A stretch of 32,000 nt of DNA from Dickeya dadantii NCPPB 898 (GTDB taxonomy: Bacteria; Pseudomonadota; Gammaproteobacteria; Enterobacterales; Enterobacteriaceae): positions 807,260 to 839,259 of the forward strand of contig NZ_CM001976.1 in NCBI RefSeq assembly GCF_000406145.1, in the 5' to 3' direction. The position numbers were made by a program, and so were the translations under genes. Shown here one piece after another: positions 26,628 to 32,000 of this stretch. Every line of letters begins with the position of its first letter. Position 1 is the first letter of the stretch. The notes under the pieces were generated by a model. That model worked only from the letters and a program-made list of their open reading frames with translations, was not told where the DNA came from and searched no databases.

Positions 26628-28952
26628 TCAAGCCCTGTCACATTTAGGCAGCCAGTCGGCGTCTGATTCGTCTTTCAGTTCAAGGTTGGTTTGTACGCCT
26701 TGTTTGGTTCTGCCCTTGAGGTAGGTCAGCCCATATTCCGACATGATGTTAGGTAGCACTTTGCCAAAAGCCGTCAGGCTTATGGGCTTTTGATGGCCGT
26801 GCGACTCCATAAATGACAGATAGGCGTGGTACAGGTATTTACGGGGATTACGGGGCGTGATGTTGGCGTTTCCCATATACAGCCCGGTGGAGCTACTGTG
26901 TGCCCGTAGGTAGCCACAAAAATCAACCAATGGATCGGCCTGACGTTTGATTTCCAGCGCTTCGGCGGAATGTTGTTGTGCCTGTAGCAATGTCCGTGCA
27001 TCGTTGGGGTCGGCAAAGCGTTTCATCAGGTGACGCACCATCACGGCCAGTTCCGCCCGGATTTTCTCTTTCAGCTTGGGGTCGCGTTCGCTTGCCGGAA
27101 TGGGCTCGCTGAAGTGAATAATCACCCGGCGGCGAGACACGCCGCCGCTGCGGTCGCTAAAGCGCATCGGGGTGTTGTTGACGGCCAGAATCACTGCCGG
27201 AATGCGGGTGGAATAGGCATCACGGTATTTCGGGTCCACCATCACCGCATCGCCGCCGGTAATGGCTTTGATACCGGCACCATCACCGCTCCATTTCTCC
27301 TGATCAGGCAGTACGATGAATGAAAAACCAATAAGCGACGCGCGTTCACGGGAAGATTCAATGGTGTTGATGGTCGCCGCCGTGGTGTTGTCCTCGCCGG
27401 CCAGCATAGTGGCAATCTCGGCCAGAATACTTTTCCCGCTGCCGCCGGGGCCGGTCACTTCAAGGAACAGTTGCCAGTCGTAGCAGTTTGCCAGCACCAT
27501 AAACAGCGCGGCCATAATACGTGCCTGTTTATCTTCGTTGTGCCCTGCCGCACGGGTCAGCCAGCGCCAGAAGTGCGGGGCATTGTCGGCAAGGTTTTCT
27601 CCTTCCTTAAACGGCGTGTAGTCCACGTCATTAACGGTATGCAACCCGTGCTCCCTGCGGTGTGGCTTAAACTCCCCGCTGACGGTATCAAACACGCCGT
27701 TACGAAAGCCGATTAACCGGCGCTGCGGCTTGGCCTGCATGGGGATAATCAGTTTCAGGGTGTCTAACACGCTGCCAATGCTGGATGCGGTAAAGGGAGC
27801 CTGTATCTTCTGAAACAGCGCGGCGATATCCCGGCTTAACAAGCGGTAGGGTAAGGCTTTCCATGCACCGTTTTGATACTGGAAGAAGGTTTCCCCAAAA
27901 GCATCAATAGCCAGCGTGTCGCGGTAATGGTCGCATATCTTCTCCGCTTTCTCACTGGCGCCCATGGCCTTGAATTCGGCCTCGCCCAGCGACTCAAACG
28001 GGCTGGCCTTTTCCGGCTGGATAAACTCAGTCAGGTAGTGCCGTGTGACGTCTGCGCCTTCACGGCGGTACACATCGTTCCAGTCACCAAATACCGGCGG
28101 CAGAGCGACACGGCCATGTACAGCAGAAGCGGCCTGACCGGCTTTGGACTGGCCGGTGCCGTTCTCGTCCCGGTCAGCGGCGATCAGCAAGGTCGCCGCC
28201 GGGTGGCGTGTTTTCAGTTCACGGGCAAGGGATAGCAGGTTGTTAGCGCTGAGTGCGACATACACAGTATCACCGGTTAGCCGATGCAGTGTTAACCCGG
28301 TGGCATAGCCTTCAGCCAGCCAGATAACGGTGGTCTGTTTGCCACTGAAGCAGTAAAACGTGCCTTTAACCTGCCCGCCTTTCAGCGTGCGTTTGTCGCC
28401 CTGTGCATTAATTAACTGGATGTTTACCACCTCGCCATCGTGCGTGGTCAGCGGCACCAGTACATCACCGGGCTGATAGACGATGCCGCCCACGCGCAGC
28501 GGTTTGCCCTGTAGGGTGAGTACGTCCACGTCCGGCCAGCCTTTGGCGCTCAGGTAGGCATTGCCGGACTGTGTAACCGTTTCTTTGATTTTGGCCTGTG
28601 CCTGAACTGCCGCCCGTTGTCGGGCGGCGTCGTTATCATCATCGTCGGAAGTTGATGCTGCCGGGCTATCCGGCAGCGCCCCCAGCAACGCGCCCACTTT
28701 CAGGGCGGCGTCGGTTGTCGTCAGGTTCAGGGCTTTCTCAACCAGATTCAGTCCGTCACCCGCGCCACACTGGTTACAGAACCATGTGCCGCGCTCCTCT
28801 TTGTTATCGAAGCGGAAACGGTCTTTGCCACCGCATATCGGGCAGGCGCTATGCCGCCCGGCTGCGTCAATAGAAATCCCCAGCAGGGGGAGGAGTTGCG
28901 GCCAGTGGCTGCTGGCGCGTTTCACGGCCTGTGTCACGGTAGGTTGTGCCAT
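26628..28952 (-). CDS. P4 alpha-type bifunctional primase / helicase / origin-binding protein
   Basis: 774 aa. The N-terminal zinc ribbon is CPICGGKDRFRFDNKEERGTWFCNQCG. The TOPRIM motifs are LAEGYATG and LIAADRDENG. The Walker A motif is TGPGGSGKS, followed by FIVLPDQEKW. Confidence 0.9.
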   Translation of the reverse strand: MAQPTVTQAVKRASSHWPQLLPLLGISIDAAGRHSACPICGGKDRFRFDNKEERGTWFCNQCGAGDGLNLVEKALNLTTTDAALKVGALLGALPDSPAASTSDDDDNDAARQRAAVQAQAKIKETVTQSGNAYLSAKGWPDVDVLTLQGKPLRVGGIVYQPGDVLVPLTTHDGEVVNIQLINAQGDKRTLKGGQVKGTFYCFSGKQTTVIWLAEGYATGLTLHRLTGDTVYVALSANNLLSLARELKTRHPAATLLIAADRDENGTGQSKAGQAASAVHGRVALPPVFGDWNDVYRREGADVTRHYLTEFIQPEKASPFESLGEAEFKAMGASEKAEKICDHYRDTLAIDAFGETFFQYQNGAWKALPYRLLSRDIAALFQKIQAPFTASSIGSVLDTLKLIIPMQAKPQRRLIGFRNGVFDTVSGEFKPHRREHGLHTVNDVDYTPFKEGENLADNAPHFWRWLTRAAGHNEDKQARIMAALFMVLANCYDWQLFLEVTGPGGSGKSILAEIATMLAGEDNTTAATINTIESSRERASLIGFSFIVLPDQEKWSGDGAGIKAITGGDAVMVDPKYRDAYSTRIPAVILAVNNTPMRFSDRSGGVSRRRVIIHFSEPIPASERDPKLKEKIRAELAVMVRHLMKRFADPNDARTLLQAQQHSAEALEIKRQADPLVDFCGYLRAHSSSTGLYMGNANITPRNPRKYLYHAYLSFMESHGHQKPISLTAFGKVLPNIMSEYGLTYLKGRTKQGVQTNLELKDESDADWLPKCDRA

Positions 28953-28962
28953 GTGTTGCCCT

Positions 28963-29175
28963 TCAGTGCAGTGTGGAGTCGTTCTGGTCGGGGTCGTTCT
29001 GGTCGTCGATAGCGTCGGGCCTATCCAGCGTGACCGAGAGCACTTCTAAGCGTTCGGCCAGCACAAACAACAGCACTTCTTTTGCCATCGGGTTATCCAG
29101 CTCAATCACGGCATAGGTCAGGGCGCGGCACTGGTCGGTAATTTCTTCTGCGGTCAGGGGCGTGGCATCAAACAT
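28963..29175 (-). CDS. Hypothetical 70-aa acidic protein, translationally coupled to the Icd-like gene
   Basis: The ATG at 29175 overlaps the icd-like stop (ATGTTTGA). The gene ends 10 nt before the alpha start. The C-terminus DRPDAIDDQNDPDQND is strongly acidic. Confidence 0.5.
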   Translation of the reverse strand: MFDATPLTAEEITDQCRALTYAVIELDNPMAKEVLLFVLAERLEVLSVTLDRPDAIDDQNDPDQNDSTLH

Positions 29176-29365
29176 GGCGGGCACCCCGCAGCGGCAGGCG
29201 GCCAGCAAACGACAACACGTAGTCACGTGCCAGCAAACGGCGGGCGCTGATTTCATCCGGGGCGATAACGGCTTCACGGTGCGGTAAGGCGCGTAATTCC
29301 GCGCGGCGCACGGCCAGAAACAGAAAGGTAAATAGCGGGTGTGACGGGATTGGGGTGGCAGCCAT
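29168..29365 (-). CDS. Icd-like (host cell division inhibitor-like) small protein
   Basis: 65 aa: MAATPIPSHPLFTFLFLAVRRAELRALPHREAVIAPDEISARRLLA…. This resembles the Icd-like proteins found after C4/CI RNAs in P1/P4-type elements (by recollection). AAGGAGG lies 8 nt upstream of the ATG. Confidence 0.6.
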   Translation of the reverse strand: MAATPIPSHPLFTFLFLAVRRAELRALPHREAVIAPDEISARRLLARDYVLSFAGRLPLRGARHV

Positions 29366-29421
29366 GTGGCAGCCTCCTTGAAGTAACGGTTACCGCTACC
29401 ACCAGAAACGCCAATTTCAGG

Positions 29422-29500
29422 GGTGGTAGCCCAGACGGGGTTGGCGTAACCGGACTTCAAGGAAACCGGCGCTTCCGAAGAAGCCCCCGCCTGAGCCACC
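29422..29500 (-). ncRNA. P4 CI / P1 C4-like antisense immunity RNA (cloverleaf-like)
   Basis: Minus-strand fold:
- Outer stem GGUGGCUCAG / CUGGG(CUA)CCACC.
- Inner stem GCGGGG / CCCCGU.
- Hairpin GCUUC-UUCG-GAAGC.
- Hairpin GCCGG-[UUUCCUUGAAGU]-CCGGU.
The loop of the last hairpin (seqB) is complementary to two ACUUCAAGG sites on the same transcript. Confidence 0.6.
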
Positions 29501-29567
29501 ATAATTTGGATGCAGTGACGGCATAAAGTGTGCCGCACGTTATGCAAGTGTGCTAAGGCTGCGACGT

Positions 29568-29590
29568 AAAAAAAAGACGCATGGCGCGTC
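29568..29590 (-). terminator. Intrinsic terminator directly after seqA (immunity terminator candidate)
   Basis: The minus strand reads GACGC-GCCAU-GCGUC followed by U8. It begins 8 nt after the seqA match (29598-29606). Confidence 0.65.
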
Positions 29591-29761
29591 TGAGTCGCCT
29601 TGAAGTTAATCGGGACGCCAATCCCGGCTGTCGATTTTGCGACAGCGATGGAACTATAACGCCAAGAAGCCCCGGCAGGCAAGCCGGGGAAAGGGATAAA
29701 TTGCGTACTCATAACAGCCTCGGCAGTTGGTCAGCACGTCGCCAGTGCGGGATTAAAATGA

Positions 29762-30022
29762 TCATGCATGCTCCTCCTGTCTGCGGGCGGCGATACGTTC
29801 AGCCACCCAGTGATGAATTTCGGACTCAACCCATGCGACATTCTTCCCACCCAGCGGAACACGGGCGGGAAAGGCGTTGCGGCTGCTCAGTTCGTACAGT
29901 GTCGAGCGGGAAATACCGGTAACGTGCAACACTTCCGGCAGGCGCATTAAGCGCTCTCTGGCCGGAACCTGTGGCATAGGAGGCACAGTGGGAAGGGGAG
30001 CTTGGGGTGTGGTTGACAACAT
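29762..30022 (-). CDS. alpA: AlpA/Vis-family phage regulatory (excisionase-like) protein
   Basis: …RLMRLPEVLHVTGISRSTLYELSSRNAFPARVPLGGKNVAWVESEIHHWV… is the AlpA HTH signature. The start could be an internal Met. Confidence 0.8.
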   Translation of the reverse strand: MLSTTPQAPLPTVPPMPQVPARERLMRLPEVLHVTGISRSTLYELSSRNAFPARVPLGGKNVAWVESEIHHWVAERIAARRQEEHA

Positions 30023-30138
30023 AGGGCGCTACCTCGTTAATGTCCGTCCGGCTCTGGCCGGATGGCGCTGGATTTCTCTGGTAGCTCGCTATTATGTGAA
30101 TATTTTCAGGGGTGGCAACAAAGGGAAAAACAGGAAAA

Positions 30139-30417
30139 GGTGAACAAAAAACAGTCGGAGATTGCCACCAATTCCGATGATTACTGAATATTGCCCAATG
30201 TTTGCCAATATTCCTTATTCGATAAAAATCAAATTATTGGTGGCTATTTATATGGCCTGAATTGATAGTAAAAAACATCTGAAAACCGCTCGCCAGAAAA
30301 AAGCGCCAACAATTCAGGTGAACAGTGTGAACACCGGGTGATGAGTGTTATATCCACTCTTCATCCCTTTGTCTGTTGATTTATCTGATTTTTCTATCAG
30401 GTGAAGAGTGGTTAACA
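30139..30417. repeat. Cluster of P4-type iterons (GGTGAACA = complement of TGTTCACC): candidate satellite origin
   Basis: Perfect octamers lie at 30139-30146 and 30317-30324. 7/8 copies lie at 30326-30333 (TGTGAACA), 30400-30407 (GGTGAAGA) and 30410-30417 (GGTTAACA). Confidence 0.5.
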
Positions 30418-30473
30418 GTTTTATAAAAGTGTGGCGGTTGATAGAGGGAGGCAACCTGTCATAAACCCGGTCT

Positions 30474-30491
30474 TGTGTGGGAATGGGCACA
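30474..30491 (+). promoter_or_regulatory. TGT-N12-ACA dyad: an Ogr/Delta-type activator site of a helper-dependent late promoter (Psid-like)
   Basis: The site is TGT-GTGGGAATGGGC-ACA. Its centre lies about 83 nt upstream of the ATG at 30566. Confidence 0.5.
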
Positions 30492-30565
30492 ATCGGCCCA
30501 GATAGCGGCGTTGTGTGGTGAATTGCACCATAGCAGCCAGATGATAACCCATACAGAGAACGACC

Positions 30566-31330
30566 ATGAGCCAGACAACGCCACAAAGCAATAATCCGGT
30601 TGATATCCCGGATGTTCTGAAAAAAATGACTGACACTTACCTGAAGAAGCGAGAAGCACACCTCGCTAACGCCAGTGAACTGGATAACATCACGACGGCG
30701 ATGATGCGAGCCAACGCGCAGCAGGCCGCTACCAAAGCAGAAAATCAGCTTTCTGATACCGAATGGCGCACCCGTTTTCTTAAAGCGCGTGGGGAAATGA
30801 CGGAGGAACTGAAGGCCCAGCAGTTAAAGCGTCTGGCACAGCGTGAACTGGCGCACGAGTATGATGGGTTGCTGGCGCAGTTGGAAATCGACCAGCTCCG
30901 GCAGCAGGCAACGTGCCATGCATCGGCCAAAGCGTGCTGTCATGCACATGCCAGCGCGCTGCGTGATTACGCCGAGTGGGAATTAAGCCAGGCGTTAGAC
31001 CGTATTAGTACAGCGCTGATTCGGGCTATCACGTTAAAGCGGCACATGCTGAGTATCACCACGTCTGAATTTACCGAAGGACTTTCCTATCAAAAACCCG
31101 ATAAGGTGGTCATGGAACAGGTGGTCAACTGCCTGATAGCCAAGTCGAATAACTATCGCTTTGAAATGGACAACGAGCCAGTCTTGTCCGTGCTGGGGCT
31201 TGATTCACCTTCGTTGCCACATGCAGATTTTCCCCCCGTGGCAAATCCGATCGGCCGAATGAATTTTTTCCGCGACTTAAAAGAAAAAGAGGCTGCGTTA
31301 ACAACGCGCGGGCGCAATATGGTGGATTGA
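30566..31330 (+). CDS. Sid-like (capsid size determination-like) helical protein. Assignment is tentative.
   Basis: 254 aa and helix/coiled-coil rich. It is the first gene after the TGT-N12-ACA promoter, rightward of the alpA/ori region as in P4. Segments such as …EPVLSVLGLDSPSLPHADF… resemble my recollection of P4 Sid. This has not been verified by alignment. Confidence 0.45.
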   Translation: MSQTTPQSNNPVDIPDVLKKMTDTYLKKREAHLANASELDNITTAMMRANAQQAATKAENQLSDTEWRTRFLKARGEMTEELKAQQLKRLAQRELAHEYDGLLAQLEIDQLRQQATCHASAKACCHAHASALRDYAEWELSQALDRISTALIRAITLKRHMLSITTSEFTEGLSYQKPDKVVMEQVVNCLIAKSNNYRFEMDNEPVLSVLGLDSPSLPHADFPPVANPIGRMNFFRDLKEKEAALTTRGRNMVD

Positions 31331-31377
31331 ATTAATTAGCCGAATTATCATTTCATTAATTTTAATATCAGCATATC

Positions 31378-31403
31378 GCCCGCCATCGCGCGGGCTTTTT
31401 TTT
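31378..31403 (+). terminator. Strong intrinsic terminator after the Sid-like gene
   Basis: GCCCGC-catcgc-GCGGGC followed by T8. Confidence 0.75.
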
Positions 31404-31604
31404 GAGGTTTTTCTCTGGCTAGCGATTTTTTGATCGTGCATGTGTACAGTGCATGAATTTGCATGTGGAACTTACCTCTCAATTTGCCCTGTCGCGCCAG
31501 TGCTGGTGTGGCCTGAGCTTCTCCATGCAACTGCATGAAAACCGCTACATGAAGCGGGTAGGCGTGGCGGGGGCACAATTGCGCGCTACCCTCCATGATT
31601 ATTT

Positions 31605-32000
31605 TTAACCCCGAGAATTATCGATAGCGCGTTTGACATTTTCAAAAGAAGGATCACCCATTTTTAGGGCTTCGTTCATGTCAAAATAGTTAGGTTTGTT
31701 TATGATTTTATTCCAAGTAGTGGATAAATAAATTTTAAAAGCATTGGCACGATTGTATCGATCTTCAATGTTAAATGATTCACATGATGTACGCATGCTA
31801 TTAACTATTTCAGGGTTAAATATAGGTGTATCGAAGAGCATTGCGTCAAGATAAGCGAAATCACTAATCCAACGTTTTAGATGATATTGTCCTATTGATG
31901 TTGTTCTAAATTTAGTTGGCATATCACCAATTAAGCCTGTTTCATCTTCTTCAAATGTGAAGCGTTGAGAGGTTTCAATGAGTTTTTTGTTTGTTGATTT
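31605..32000 (-). CDS. C-terminal part of an unassigned, very AT-rich gene. The 5' end is beyond the window.
   Basis: The frame is open from 32000 down to the stop at 31605-31607. The text upstream of the first Met (KSTNKKLIETSQRFTFEEDETGLIGD-MPTKF…) is in frame with no stop. No motif is recognised. Confidence 0.6.
   Translation of the reverse strand, partial: KSTNKKLIETSQRFTFEEDETGLIGDMPTKFRTTSIGQYHLKRWISDFAYLDAMLFDTPIFNPEIVNSMRTSCESFNIEDRYNRANAFKIYLSTTWNKIINKPNYFDMNEALKMGDPSFENVKRAIDNSRG

Larger units (their letters stand above)
23830..32000. mobile_element. P4-like phage satellite / integrative element. The alpha-proximal end is near 23.8-24.1 kb and the integrase end is outside the window.
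   Basis: The gene set and order are alpha primase-helicase, Icd-like, CI/C4-like RNA, AlpA/Vis, TGTTCACC iterons, TGT-N12-ACA promoter and Sid-like gene. Composition shifts relative to the flanking core. The left boundary is not mapped, because no att repeat can be verified within the window. Confidence 0.7.

Noticed and set aside
28963-29712. 249-aa minus-strand ORF spanning the alpA-alpha gap (Ash-family-like text MVAQAGASSEAPVSLKSGYANPVWATT…)
   Set aside because: It is a read-through composite. Its middle overlaps the structured CI/C4-like RNA and the Icd-like gene in another frame, and its last 70 codons are the separately initiated small acidic ORF. It also crosses an intrinsic terminator (29568-29590). 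The Ash-like similarity most likely reflects conservation of the RNA locus.
30023-30140. A second TGT-N12-ACA dyad for a leftward late promoter (PLL-like) upstream of alpA
   Set aside because: I scanned by eye and found no TGT/ACA pair with 12-nt spacing. It is not reported.
30314-30661. Overlapping minus-strand ORFs (115, 71 and 66 aa) in the ori/Psid region
   Set aside because: They overlap each other, the iterons, the promoter dyad and the start of the Sid-like gene. They have no RBS or recognisable motifs.
31348-31596. 82-aa minus-strand ORF
   Set aside because: It runs through the Sid-like gene's terminator hairpin and T8 tract. It has no RBS and its composition is arbitrary.
31453-31608. 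51-aa plus-strand ORF (MNLHVELTSQFALSRQCWCGLSF…) considered as a Delta/Ogr zinc-finger remnant
   Set aside because: It has no CxxC…CxxxxC arrangement and no RBS. The resemblance is limited to a QC.C…F patch and cannot be supported without alignment.

Overview
The window looks like a chromosomal segment of a high-GC gamma-proteobacterium, Enterobacterales-like by gene content (inference). A hand count gives 36/60 G+C at 16081-16140.

Left ~23.5 kb, mostly core-like genes:
- The tail of an inositol catabolism operon (iolC', iolE, iolB), then mltB.
- A LysR regulator divergent from a frameshifted MFS transporter, followed by an enolase-superfamily OSBS/N-succinylamino-acid racemase-like enzyme and a Gate-domain permease.
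- A small AT-rich islet holding a frame-broken His/Gly-rich double zinc-ribbon gene, a 4 x 18-bp tandem repeat and an orphan periplasmic binding protein.
- An HxlR/DoxX/NAD(P)H-oxidoreductase module.
- A large efflux locus: TetR-MFP-RND continuing on the same strand into SDR / FabF-like KAS II / SDR, with a divergent outer-membrane factor and a MATE pump. Two near-identical GTGAC-N14-GTCAC operators are present.

From ~23.5 kb the sequence becomes accessory. A degraded IS3-family transposase tail is followed by a P4-like phage satellite whose integrase end lies beyond the right edge. In order it carries:
- AbiEi/AbiEii with twin operator repeats.
- An orphan AT-rich 197-aa gene.
- An alpha-type primase-helicase, a 70-aa acidic ORF and an Icd-like gene.
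- A cloverleaf CI/C4-like antisense RNA with seqA/seqB/seqC complementarity and an internal terminator.
- AlpA/Vis, then TGTTCACC-type iterons.
- A TGT-N12-ACA helper-dependent promoter driving a Sid-like gene with its own terminator.
- Another very AT-rich gene cut by the window end.

The best candidates for something undescribed are the two unassignable AT-rich cargo genes, at 25793-26386 and 31605->32000. They flank the satellite backbone, and one lies back-to-back with AbiE. All homology statements are by-eye motif recognition; no searches were run.
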